Assembly: GCA_016871615.1 (NCBI GenBank)
Contig: VHCX01000002.1
Coordinates: 12,935-76,934, forward strand
DNA from: Verrucomicrobiota bacterium
GTDB taxonomy: Bacteria > Verrucomicrobiota > Verrucomicrobiia > Limisphaerales > UBA9464
Reading direction: 5' to 3'
Length of the DNA: 64,000 nt
The notes below the pieces were generated by a model. It did not search any database. It saw only the letters and a program-made list of their open reading frames with translations, and was not told where the DNA came from. Positions 29,962 through 38,717 of this stretch are shown piece by piece. Both the position numbers and the translations under genes were made by a program. How positions within the stretch are numbered: position 1 is the stretch's first letter; each line of letters opens with the position of its first letter.

Positions 29962-30541
29962 CCTGGGGCCCCGGTCGGCCTGCCGGCGGAGCGCCTTCAC
30001 CCTGATCGAGATGATCCTGGTGATGGCGCTGCTCGTCGTGGCGGTCTCGATGGTCTCGCCCCGCCTGTCGGACTTCCTCCGTGGCCGAGCGATCGAGTCG
30101 GAGGCCAGGCGTCTCCTGGCTGTGACGCATGCCGCGCGCAGCCGGGCCATCACCGAAGGCCTGCCCGTCCTGGTGTGGCTCGACTCGGGGACCGGGACCT
30201 ATGGCCTCGAACGCGTCGACGCCGGCCGCTCCGGCGACCCCCAAGCCCGGCAGTTCGATCCGGACGACCAGGTCCGGGTGTCCTTCGACCGTTCGCAGCG
30301 CCTCATCGGCCAGACGGCCACCGGCGTGCCCATGCCCACTGTCCTGCCCGGCCAGTCCGGCCTCAGGCGCACCCCGGTCTCGACCACCCGGCAGGGTCCA
30401 TCGATCCGCTGGGACCCCGACGGGACGATCGACGAGGACAGCCCCAACGCCATCCGGGTGGAGGATGCGGGCGGGGCGGTCCTGTGGCTGGTGGAGGCCT
30501 CGAACCGGCGACATTATGAGATCCGCACGACCCTCGACTAG
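29912..30541 (+). CDS. minor pseudopilin (GspH-like)
   Basis: Prepilin motif SA/FTLIEMILVMALLVVAVSMV followed by RAIESEARRLLAVTHAARSRAI, typical of GspH/FimT. Start uncertain: ATG 29912 overlaps the gspG end by 50 nt. Confidence 0.7.
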   Translation: MAGRGRRTILETGRPSDLGPRSACRRSAFTLIEMILVMALLVVAVSMVSPRLSDFLRGRAIESEARRLLAVTHAARSRAITEGLPVLVWLDSGTGTYGLERVDAGRSGDPQARQFDPDDQVRVSFDRSQRLIGQTATGVPMPTVLPGQSGLRRTPVSTTRQGPSIRWDPDGTIDEDSPNAIRVEDAGGAVLWLVEASNRRHYEIRTTLD

Positions 30542-30938
30542 GCGGCGCCGCGCCGGCTACACGCTGGCCGAGACGCTCGCGGCGCTGCTGTTCTTGGCCA
30601 TCGTCATCCCGGCGGTGGTCGAGGCGCTGCACGTGGCAGGCCGGGCAGGCACCGCGTCGGTCCGTCGAGCCGTCGCCGCCCGCATCGCCGAGCGGATCCT
30701 CACGGAGAACACGCTGCAGACCAACCTCAACGCCACCGCCCAGAGCGGAACCCAGATGGAGGGATCGGTCGACTACCAGTGGACCCTCACGCGCGGGAAC
30801 TGGGTGGTGCCTGGGCTGCCCCAGGTCACGGCCGAGGTGAGGTTCCTGACCCAGGGACAGGAATCGTCGGTCCGCCTCACCACCCTGGGACACGCGGTGG
30901 ATGCCGTCGCCGGGGCGGGTCCCACGGCCACGCGATGA
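30516..30938 (+). CDS. minor pseudopilin (GspI-like)
   Basis: MRSARPSTRRRRAG/YTLAETLAALLFLAIVIPAVV has Glu at +5. It is small (140 aa), consistent with GspI. The start overlaps the previous gene by 26 nt. Confidence 0.65.
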   Translation: MRSARPSTRRRRAGYTLAETLAALLFLAIVIPAVVEALHVAGRAGTASVRRAVAARIAERILTENTLQTNLNATAQSGTQMEGSVDYQWTLTRGNWVVPGLPQVTAEVRFLTQGQESSVRLTTLGHAVDAVAGAGPTATR

Positions 30939-31699
30939 AACCCCTCCCCCAGGCGACCTTCCCCAGAGGGGACCGGCACCGATGGACGCCGACCCCGGCG
31001 AGGCCGGGGGCGTCATGGTCCCGCGCCGCCGGGGCGTTCACCCTGATCGAGCTCATCCTCTCGATCGGCGCGGCCGCCCTCATCCTGATCGTGGCCAACC
31101 AGGTGCTCTTCACCAGCCTGCGCCTGCGCGACAAGGTCTCCGGCGCGGTCGAGTCGGCCTTCCCGCTGGAGCTGACGCTGGACACGCTGCGCCTGGACCT
31201 CCAGGGCGTGGTCACGCCGAAGACCAACGGCATCCTCTCCGGCTCCTTCCGGGCGGGCCCGCTCCAGAGCACGGTCGACTCCCGGCCGGTCTCCCTGGAG
31301 TTCAACACCACCACCGGGTCGCTGCGCGAGACGGAGCCCTGGGGAGCGGTGCAGCGGGTCTCCTACAGCCTGAGGACCCCGGTGGATCCCGGCGGCGGAT
31401 CGCTCGACCTCTACCGGGGCGTCTGCCGCAACCTGCTCTCGCTTTCGGTGGCCCCGGTCGAGGACCAGCTGCTGCTCCGGGACGTGGCCCGCATCGACGT
31501 CGAGTCCTTCGACGGGCTCCAGTGGCTGCCCCAGTGGGACACCTCCGACACCTCGGGCGCGACCACCAACCTCCCGGTCGCCGTCCGGATCCGTCTCCAG
31601 CGGGGGCCGACCTGGGGGGCCGATGCCAGTCCCGTCGAGCTCCTGGTGCCCCTGGGCATCCAATCCCGCACCAACTCCACCAGCACCGTCGGAGGATGA
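30935..31699 (+). CDS. minor pseudopilin (GspJ-like)
   Basis: ...SRAAGA/FTLIELILSIGAAALILIV; 254 aa. ATGA start/stop overlap with the upstream gene. Confidence 0.65.
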   Translation: MKPLPQATFPRGDRHRWTPTPARPGASWSRAAGAFTLIELILSIGAAALILIVANQVLFTSLRLRDKVSGAVESAFPLELTLDTLRLDLQGVVTPKTNGILSGSFRAGPLQSTVDSRPVSLEFNTTTGSLRETEPWGAVQRVSYSLRTPVDPGGGSLDLYRGVCRNLLSLSVAPVEDQLLLRDVARIDVESFDGLQWLPQWDTSDTSGATTNLPVAVRIRLQRGPTWGADASPVELLVPLGIQSRTNSTSTVGG

Positions 31700-33126
31700 C
31701 CCGGATTTCCCCCAACCCGTCCGTCCGCCGGAGCCCCGCCCCCCGGGCCGCAGTGGCGCGTCGCGCCTCCGAGGCCTCGGTGCTGGTGGTCGTCCTGTGG
31801 ATCACCGCCGGCCTGACGGCGCTGGTGCTCTACTTCGCCGCCTCCATGGGCCTCGAGCTGCGCGCGTCGGCCAATCGCGCCGCCGACCTGGCGGCTGGGC
31901 AGGCCATCGAGGGGGCGATCCGCTACGTCGGCTGGGCGCTGGCCAATGTCGCGACCAATGGCGTGATGACCACCAACAACCTCTTCGTGTGCGAGGCGTT
32001 GCCGATCGGCGAATCACGGGTCTGGATCGTCGGCCGCGATCCCGCCGCCTCGCAGAACGGGCTCAACCAGGTGGTCTTCAACCTCCTGGACGAGGCGGCG
32101 AAGCTCAATCTCAACCGGGCCAATTCCAACGCGCTCGTGATGCTGCCGGGCATGACGGCCGAGCTGGCCGCTGCGGTGATCGACTGGCGCAGCACCAACG
32201 GTTCCCTCAGCCTGGGCTACGCGGGCCTGGGCTACGAGGCGAAGCGGTCCCCCTTCGAGAGCGTCGACGAACTGCGGCTGGTGCAGGGCATCACCCTCGA
32301 CCATCTCTACGGCGACGACCGCAACCTCAACGGCGTGCTGGATCCCGACGAGCCGGGCCTTGGCGGATCGCTCTTCGTCACCCCCGGGCTGCTGGACACC
32401 ACGACGGTGTTCAGCCGGGAGCCCAACTTCCACGCCGACGGCACCCAGCTCACCAACGTCAACACCCGGGTCCAGCTCCAGGGCCTGCTCGATTCGGCCT
32501 TCGGGTCCGGGCGCAGCCGGGAGATCCTGGGTCGCCTGGGATTATCGCAGGGCGGCGGTCCAGGCGGCGGCGGTGGCGCTGCGGCTCCGAACTTCCCGAG
32601 CCTGCTGCGCTTCTACCTGTCCAGCGGGCTGAGCCAGGACGACTTCGAGCGCATCGCCCCCGAACTGGGCGTCACCACCAACGCCTACAGCTACGGCCGG
32701 GTCAATGTGAACACGGCCAGTGCCATGGTCCTGACGGCGCTCCTGGTCGGGGCGGGCCTTTCGGCCGAGGCGGCCGAGGGGGCGGTCTCCACCCTGGTGC
32801 AATACCGGGACCAGAACCGCTCGAGCCTCGGGTCCATCGCCTGGGTTGTGGCGGCGCTGGGTCGCGATCATCAGGCCGTAACCACTTTGGCTGGCCGCGA
32901 TCTCCTTACGACGCGGAGCTTCCAGTATACCGCCGACCTGGTGGCCGTGGGGCCGCAGGGCCGGGGGCACCGACGGGTCAGGCTCGTGTTTGACATCAGT
33001 GATGGAGTTCCCAAGGTCATCCACCGACAGGACCTCAGCCGGCTGGGCTGGGCGCTGGGGGACCGTGTCCGAAGGCAACTCGCTGAACCGGAGGGCCTGC
33101 CCCTGATGGCCCGGGACAACCCATGA
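31696..33126 (+). CDS. gspK: GspK-like pseudopilin
   Basis: 476 aa. N-terminal hydrophobic helix without Glu+5 (SVLVVVLWITAGLTALVLYF). GspK blocks LLDEAAKLNLNRANSNALVMLPGMTAELAAAVIDWR and FESVDELRLVQGIT. ATGA overlap with the upstream gene. Confidence 0.8.
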   Translation: MTRISPNPSVRRSPAPRAAVARRASEASVLVVVLWITAGLTALVLYFAASMGLELRASANRAADLAAGQAIEGAIRYVGWALANVATNGVMTTNNLFVCEALPIGESRVWIVGRDPAASQNGLNQVVFNLLDEAAKLNLNRANSNALVMLPGMTAELAAAVIDWRSTNGSLSLGYAGLGYEAKRSPFESVDELRLVQGITLDHLYGDDRNLNGVLDPDEPGLGGSLFVTPGLLDTTTVFSREPNFHADGTQLTNVNTRVQLQGLLDSAFGSGRSREILGRLGLSQGGGPGGGGGAAAPNFPSLLRFYLSSGLSQDDFERIAPELGVTTNAYSYGRVNVNTASAMVLTALLVGAGLSAEAAEGAVSTLVQYRDQNRSSLGSIAWVVAALGRDHQAVTTLAGRDLLTTRSFQYTADLVAVGPQGRGHRRVRLVFDISDGVPKVIHRQDLSRLGWALGDRVRRQLAEPEGLPLMARDNP

Positions 33127-34622
33127 CGTCGTTCCTCCAACGGATTTCCCGCACCCGCAAGGCGCCCTCGGCCGTGCTCGGCCTGGCTTTCGACGGTCGG
33201 CGTGTCGTGGGCACGCTGCTGCGCCGCACGCCCGACGGCCTCCGTCCTTCCGGGGCGTTCGAGGCCGATCTGTCGGCCGATTTCGATGGGGCGGACTCTG
33301 AGGCGCTGGGCCGGGAACTCCGGGCTCGGCTCGACGAGGCGGGCTTGAAGGAGCGCCAGTGCGCCGTGGCCTTGCCGGTCCGGAGCCTCTGGGTGACCCA
33401 GACCGGGATTCCGGCGATGTCCGAGGCCGACGCGCAGGACCTCCTCCAGCTCGAGGCCGAGAAGGGCTTCCACACCGACGCGTCGACCCTCCATGTGGCC
33501 TCGTCGCGGTGCACCCTGCCCGACGGAAGCCAGTGGGCGACCCTGGCGGCCCTGCCACAGGCCCGCCTGGCCGCCCTCGAGCGCCTTCTCTCGGCCGCCC
33601 GTCTCAAGCCGGTGAGCATCGGAGCCGACCTCGTCGAGCTTCAACCGCCGGCCTCCGACCCTCCCGAGGGCGCCATCACCCTCAAGCTGGGCCAGGGATC
33701 CGGGTCCATCGGCCTGCAGGCCACTGCCGGCCGGGAAGGACTCCTGGCGCTGCGGTCCTTCGAGGGAGTCTCCGAGGACGCCGAGGGGCGGCCCGTGTTC
33801 GAGATCGACAGCGTGGCCCGCGAGATCCGGATCACCCTCGCCCAGCTGCCGGAGCCCTGGGGCCGTTCGCTGCGCGACCTCCGCATCCATGGTCCGCAGG
33901 CGTTGGCTCAGGCGCTGGCCGACGGCCTGTCGGCCCGTCTGGCCCTCTCGGGCTTCCGGGTTCAGATCGCCCCACGGGCGTCCACGATGGTGTCCATGGC
34001 CCCGATGTCCGCGATGGGATCCGCCGCCGGGACGGCCGGCCTCCCCGGCGTTTCCCCGGCGTCGGTCTCGGCCGTCGTGGCCGCCCGCGTGCTTTCGGGC
34101 ACCGTCCCGGCCACCCTCGAGTTCCTCCCGCCCAAGCCCTCGGTGCTCCAGCAGTTCCTGGTCCGCCATGCGCAGGGTCCACGGCGCACGGCGTGGGCCG
34201 TCTGTGGCGGCCTGGCCACCGTGGCCGTCCTCGCCTTCGGCGTGCAACAGGTGCGCCTGAGCCTGCTGGAGTCGCGCTGGGGCGCCCTGTCCGGCAAGGT
34301 CCGCGAGTTGGAGCGCATCCAGGAGGACCTGCGCCTCTTCCGTCCCTGGACCACCGGTTCAGCCCGTGGTCTGGCGATCCTCGAGGCCCTCACCAGCGCC
34401 TTCCCAGAGAATGGCTCCGTGACCGCCAAGGCCGTCGAGATCCGAGAGTCGGGCGAGGTGGTGTGCAGCGGCACGGCGACCGACAGTCCGGCCTTCCTCG
34501 CGATGACGGCCCGGCTGGGCTCCGTGCCCGGGGTCAGCCGCGTGCATCACGACCAGTCCCGCGGCTCGTCGCCCCTGCAATTCAACCTCCGTTTCGTCTG
34601 GGAGGGAAGCCAGGCCCGATGA
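33123..34622 (+). CDS. GspL/PilM-like assembly protein (cytoplasmic actin-like domain + TM + periplasmic domain)
   Basis: 499 aa. PilM/GspL-like N-terminus (VLGLAFDGRRVVGTLL...). A single TM helix lies near aa 360 (AWAVCGGLATVAVLAFGV), followed by a periplasmic ferredoxin-like tail. ATGA overlaps on both sides. Confidence 0.7.
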   Translation: MTSFLQRISRTRKAPSAVLGLAFDGRRVVGTLLRRTPDGLRPSGAFEADLSADFDGADSEALGRELRARLDEAGLKERQCAVALPVRSLWVTQTGIPAMSEADAQDLLQLEAEKGFHTDASTLHVASSRCTLPDGSQWATLAALPQARLAALERLLSAARLKPVSIGADLVELQPPASDPPEGAITLKLGQGSGSIGLQATAGREGLLALRSFEGVSEDAEGRPVFEIDSVAREIRITLAQLPEPWGRSLRDLRIHGPQALAQALADGLSARLALSGFRVQIAPRASTMVSMAPMSAMGSAAGTAGLPGVSPASVSAVVAARVLSGTVPATLEFLPPKPSVLQQFLVRHAQGPRRTAWAVCGGLATVAVLAFGVQQVRLSLLESRWGALSGKVRELERIQEDLRLFRPWTTGSARGLAILEALTSAFPENGSVTAKAVEIRESGEVVCSGTATDSPAFLAMTARLGSVPGVSRVHHDQSRGSSPLQFNLRFVWEGSQAR

Positions 34623-35155
34623 ACCCCGCCCAACGCCAACGTCTGCTGACGATCGTCACCCTGGCCGCGGTGGGCCTGTACCTCGCCGACCTGCTGGTGT
34701 TCTCGCCGCTGGGCCGCCTGTGGTCGGCACGCTCGGCGCGCATCCAGGCGCTCCAGCGTCAGGTCGCGGCCGGCCGGGCCCTCGTCCAGCGGGAGGCGGG
34801 TCTCCGGGGCCAGTGGGAACGCCTGCGAACCCACGCCCTGCCCGCCGAGGCCTCCGAGGCCGAACAGCGCCTCCTGCGGGCCTGCGACGAATGGGCCCGG
34901 GCCTCCGGGGCTCAGATCGTCGACCGCATGCCGCAGTGGAAGGGCGATGAGCCTGCCTACCAGATGCTCCGGTGCCGGCTCGAGGCGGCCGGGTCGCTGG
35001 CCAGCCTCACCCAGTTCCTTCAGCGCATGGAGGAAGGCCCGCTGGCCGTGAAGCTCGACAGCCTGCAACTCCTCAGCCGGGACACCGCCGGCCGACAGCT
35101 GACCCTGGGTCTGCAGGTCAACGGCCTCGTGCTCAACCCCCCGACGAAGCCGTGA
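34619..35155 (+). CDS. GspM/PilO-like bitopic assembly protein
   Basis: 178 aa: N-terminal TM (LLTIVTLAAVGLYLADLLVF), coiled coil, then a C-terminal alpha/beta domain. Its position after the gspL-like gene supports the call. Confidence 0.6.
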   Translation: MNPAQRQRLLTIVTLAAVGLYLADLLVFSPLGRLWSARSARIQALQRQVAAGRALVQREAGLRGQWERLRTHALPAEASEAEQRLLRACDEWARASGAQIVDRMPQWKGDEPAYQMLRCRLEAAGSLASLTQFLQRMEEGPLAVKLDSLQLLSRDTAGRQLTLGLQVNGLVLNPPTKP

Positions 35156-35859
35156 TGCCTCCACTCCTTCCGACGACGGCGCAGGAGATTGGCCGGCGGT
35201 TCCCCCTCTCTCGATCCTTGCGCCCGACCGTCGCCCGGGTCTGCCTCCTCGTGTTGGCCTGCCTAGGGCTCGCCATGCCAGGGCTCGGTGCCGCCCAGAC
35301 CAACGCCCCGGCGTCGTCGGACCCCGCCGCCCTGGCCCGCCGGGTCGCCGAGCGGAACATCTTCGATCCCGATCGGCAGCCCCGGATCCGGGGAGACTCC
35401 CGGCCGGCTCCCAAACCGCGGCCGGTGGCCGCCGCCGACGCGGCGGAGTTCGGCCTCGTGGGCGTCCTGTCCTATGCCCGCGGCACCTTCGCCTTCTTTG
35501 ACGGCAACGATCCCGAGTACCGCAAGACGCTCGCCGTGGCGGCGACCATCGCGGGGCATGCCGTCGACGCGATTTCCCCGCAGTCGGTGACCCTGGTGGC
35601 CTCGAACCTTCCGCCGGTCCAGCTCCGGGTGGGCCAGCGTCTGCGCCGCGATCCGGAGGGCCATTGGCAACCGGTGGCCTCGACGGGCGGTGAAGGCTCC
35701 TTCTCACGGGGCGCCTCCTCCAGGGGGGCGTCCGGCACGCTGTCCGGATCGTCCTCCGGTTTGGGGGCCGGCACCTCGGCCGCCGGGGCCGAGGATCCGC
35801 CCGGATCCGAAGAAATCTTGAAGCGTCTGCTGAAGAAACGGGAACAGGAGATGAAATGA
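35155..35859 (+). CDS. GspC/PilP-like secretin-interacting protein
   Basis: 234 aa: TM/signal anchor (VCLLVLACLGLAMPGLGAA), Pro-rich linker, then a beta-rich HR-like block FGLVGVLSYARGTFAFFDGNDPEYRKTLAVAATIAGHAVDAISPQSVTLV. TGATG overlap upstream and ATGA overlap downstream. Confidence 0.55.
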   Translation: MPPLLPTTAQEIGRRFPLSRSLRPTVARVCLLVLACLGLAMPGLGAAQTNAPASSDPAALARRVAERNIFDPDRQPRIRGDSRPAPKPRPVAAADAAEFGLVGVLSYARGTFAFFDGNDPEYRKTLAVAATIAGHAVDAISPQSVTLVASNLPPVQLRVGQRLRRDPEGHWQPVASTGGEGSFSRGASSRGASGTLSGSSSGLGAGTSAAGAEDPPGSEEILKRLLKKREQEMK

Positions 35860-37139
35860 AGACCTCGATCACTCGCGCCATGGGCACCGCCTGGGCCCTC
35901 GGATGCCTCGTCGGCGGCATGTTCGCGCAGGAGTCCGCGCGCCCGGCCGACGACTTGGCCAAGGCCCCGGCGCCACCGGAGACCTCACCGACGAGGCCGG
36001 CGGCGGGCGGCGGGCCCGGCATCCAGATGAATTTCCGCAACGCGCCGCTGGAGCAGGTGCTCGAGCACCTCAGCGAGGCGGCGGGCTTCGTCATCGTGCT
36101 GGAGGCCCCGGTGAAGGGCACGGTCAATGTCATCAGCGCCAAGCCGATGAGCCAGGACGAGGCCGTGGACTTCCTCAACACGGTGCTCAACCGGAACGGA
36201 CTCGCGGCCCTGCGCGACGGCCGCACCCTCACCATCGTCGATCGTACCACCGCCAAGAGCCGGAACATCCCGGTCAAGGTGAGCAACGACCCGCGGCTCA
36301 TCCCCAAGAACGACGAGATCGTCACTCAGATCATCCCGATCCGCTATGTCGAGGCCGACCAGTTGGCCAAGGACCTGGCGTCCTTCATCTCGCCGCAGGC
36401 CACCTTCGTGGCCAATGCGGCCGGCAACTCCATCGTGATGACCGACACCCAGTCGAACATCCGGCACATGGTGGAGATCATCCGCGCCATCGACTCCAGC
36501 GCCGAGGCGGAGACCGAGATCCGCGTCTTCCACCTCACGCATGCCAGCCCGACGGATGTGGCCACGGCCCTCTCGGGGGTCTTCCCGAGCAGCAGCGGCT
36601 CCGGCAACAACAACCAGGCTCCGGTGCGTTTCGGCGGTGGGCCCTTCGGCGGCGGCGCCGGAGGCTTCGCGGCGATGATGGGCGGGTTCGGCGGACGCGG
36701 AGGTGGCGGTGGCGGCAATGGCGGTGGCGGTGGCCGGGGCGGCTCCTCGTCCTCCGGGCAGAACGATCGCATCAAACGGGCCCAACAGGTGCTGGCCGTG
36801 GCCGACGCCCGGACCTCCTCGGTGATCGTGACCGCCTCGAAGGACCTCATGGGCCAGATCGCGGGCATGGTCCGCGAACTCGACGTGCCCTCGACCCGCG
36901 ACCAGCAGGTCCATGTCTTCCGGCTGGAGAACGGCGATCCGCAGCAGGCCGCCCAGGTGCTCCAGAACATGTTCCAGAGCACCACCTCGGGCCGGGCCGG
37001 CACCTCGGGCAACAACCAGAACAGCGCCCTCATGCAACGCCAGCAGAACAACAACCAGACGATGGGCAACAGCTCCGGGGGCACCGGCACCTTCGGCAAC
37101 AGCGGCGGCGGCGGCGGCCGCGGCGGCCAGCTCTTCTGA
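35856..37139 (+). CDS. secretin N-terminal half (N0/STN + Secretin_N domains, no pore domain)
   Basis: Signal peptide MKTSITRAMGTAWALGCLVGGMFAQ. An N0-like block (IQMNFRNAPLEQVLEHLSEAAGFVIVL) is followed by two complete Secretin_N-type domains, the second interrupted by a ~70-aa Gly-rich insert. Only the first half of a third domain (QVHVFRLENGDPQQAAQVLQNMF) is present. It ends in a Q/N/G-rich tail and lacks the C-terminal secretin domain. Confidence 0.8.
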   Translation: MKTSITRAMGTAWALGCLVGGMFAQESARPADDLAKAPAPPETSPTRPAAGGGPGIQMNFRNAPLEQVLEHLSEAAGFVIVLEAPVKGTVNVISAKPMSQDEAVDFLNTVLNRNGLAALRDGRTLTIVDRTTAKSRNIPVKVSNDPRLIPKNDEIVTQIIPIRYVEADQLAKDLASFISPQATFVANAAGNSIVMTDTQSNIRHMVEIIRAIDSSAEAETEIRVFHLTHASPTDVATALSGVFPSSSGSGNNNQAPVRFGGGPFGGGAGGFAAMMGGFGGRGGGGGGNGGGGGRGGSSSSGQNDRIKRAQQVLAVADARTSSVIVTASKDLMGQIAGMVRELDVPSTRDQQVHVFRLENGDPQQAAQVLQNMFQSTTSGRAGTSGNNQNSALMQRQQNNNQTMGNSSGGTGTFGNSGGGGGRGGQLF

Positions 37140-37174
37140 CATCCTCCAATCCCGCGCACCCCAACACGTTCCTC

Positions 37175-38521
37175 ATGAAACTCCCCGGATCTCACCCTGT
37201 CGGCTCCCCGCATGGGATGGCCTCGATCCTCCGGCTCCCAGCGTGGTCGCCGATCCTCCTGGCCTTGGCCTTGGCGCTGGCCATCAGCCCGCCGATTTCC
37301 GCCCAACAGGGCCGGGGCGGCGGCGGCGGGTTCGGTGGCGGTGGGGGCGGCTTCGGAGGGTTTGGTGGCGGGTTTGGTGGCGGCGGCGGGTTTGGTGGGG
37401 GCGGCGGCAACCGCGGTGGCGGTTCCTCCGGCCTCTACAACAACAACGGCACGGTCGGCAGCGCCCTGATCTCGGTCGATCCCCAGACCCACAACCTGGT
37501 GGTCATCGCCGATTCGCTGACGGCCCTGCAGATCAGCAACGTGCTGCGCAACCTCGACTCGCCCAAGCCCCAGGTGCTCATCAAGGTGGTCTTCATGGAG
37601 GTCCAGCGGAACAACGGCTCCGAGCTCGGGGTCGAGGGCGCCTGGGCCAAGAACAACATCGGCAACAACGTCAGCAGCGGCGCTGGCACGGTCTTCGGGC
37701 TCTCCGGCGTCAACAACGTCACGACCAACCTCAACGGCCTGGGCTCCTCCATGGGCTCGGCGCTGACCCCGTCGGCGACCGGGGGCGGGGCCGGCGGGCT
37801 GTACCAGATCGCCGGGTCGGAGTTCCAGGCGACGCTCCGCGCCATGGCCACCTCGGGCAAGGCGCAGGTGCTGTCGCGTCCCTCGATCATCGCCCGCGAC
37901 GGACAGCTCGCCCGCATCGTCGTCGGCCAGCAGGTGCCGCTGCCCAGTGGCGTCTCCTACGCCACCTCCGGCGCCAACGTCATCCCCATCATCAACGTCA
38001 CCTACAACGACGTGGGCATCATCCTCAATGTCACACCCTTCATCGGTGCCAACGGCCAGGTGGAGATGATCGTCCAGCCGCAGATCTCCTCGGTCTCGGC
38101 CAACGAACGTCAGTCGCTCTCCGAGGATGTCTCGGCACCCTACATCAACGTGCGCTCGGCCGACACCGTGGTCGTCACGCCGCATGCCGAGACCGTCGTC
38201 ATCGGCGGGCTCATCTCCAACAACCAGTCCCAGACCGAGAAGAAGGTGCCCTACCTGGGCGACATCCCCGGCCTGGGAAACCTCTTCAAGACCCGCGCCA
38301 AGAGCGATGCCAAGACCGAGCTGCTCATCTTCCTCACGCCCTACATCCTCAAGGCGCCGTCCCAGTTGGCCCAGTTGACGACACCGGAGACCCACAAGGC
38401 CTCGCTGTTGACCAATTCGATCTCCGAGAACGACCTCAACCGCTTCCTGGAGCGGGTGCCCGTGAAGCCGGAGTCCCCGCCGGCGCCCGCGCCGAAGTCA
38501 AAGGGCTGGTTCAAGAAGTGA
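37175..38521 (+). CDS. gspD: secretin C-terminal half (own signal peptide, pore-forming secretin domain)
   Basis: Signal-like ILRLPAWSPILLALALALAISPPISA/QQ, then a (G/F)-rich tract and a half N-domain (ALISVDPQTHNLVVIADSLTALQISNVLRNLD). The secretin domain follows (LRAMATSGKAQVLSRPSIIARDGQLARIVVG...VPYLGDIPGLGNLF...TELLIFLTPYIL). Alternative start ATG 37217. Confidence 0.85.
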   Translation: MKLPGSHPVGSPHGMASILRLPAWSPILLALALALAISPPISAQQGRGGGGGFGGGGGGFGGFGGGFGGGGGFGGGGGNRGGGSSGLYNNNGTVGSALISVDPQTHNLVVIADSLTALQISNVLRNLDSPKPQVLIKVVFMEVQRNNGSELGVEGAWAKNNIGNNVSSGAGTVFGLSGVNNVTTNLNGLGSSMGSALTPSATGGGAGGLYQIAGSEFQATLRAMATSGKAQVLSRPSIIARDGQLARIVVGQQVPLPSGVSYATSGANVIPIINVTYNDVGIILNVTPFIGANGQVEMIVQPQISSVSANERQSLSEDVSAPYINVRSADTVVVTPHAETVVIGGLISNNQSQTEKKVPYLGDIPGLGNLFKTRAKSDAKTELLIFLTPYILKAPSQLAQLTTPETHKASLLTNSISENDLNRFLERVPVKPESPPAPAPKSKGWFKK

Positions 38522-38540
38522 GTCCTCCCGGGTCCTGAAA

Positions 38541-38568
38541 CGTCCCCTGGCGTGCGTCCCCTCGCGTG
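38541..38568. repeat. 14-nt tandem duplication (cgtcccctggcgtg / cgtcccctcgcgtg)
   Basis: Read directly, 20 nt after the secretin stop. Confidence 0.9.
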
Positions 38569-38602
38569 TGTCCACGGCGACTGCCCTCCGGCCGTCGGGG
38601 CC

Positions 38603-38628
38603 AATCCCGGCCCAAAATCCCGGCCCAA
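38603..38628. repeat. perfect 13-nt tandem duplication (aatcccggcccaa x2)
   Basis: Read directly in the secretin-apgM spacer. Confidence 0.9.
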
Positions 38629-38717
38629 AGTCTCGTTGACGACCGGCCGGCCGGCCAACAGGGTCGGCCCCCGGTCGCCGGCAGGAGTCCCCCAACGACG
38701 CCTGCCCACCCTCCTGC

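Noticed and set aside
35903-37174. Upstream 424 codons of the 872-aa ORF, which would make the secretin C-half a much longer protein.
   Set aside because: This part overlaps the secretin N-half gene in another frame and translates to RG/RP-rich nonsense. Credible coding sequence begins at ATG 37175 with a signal peptide.
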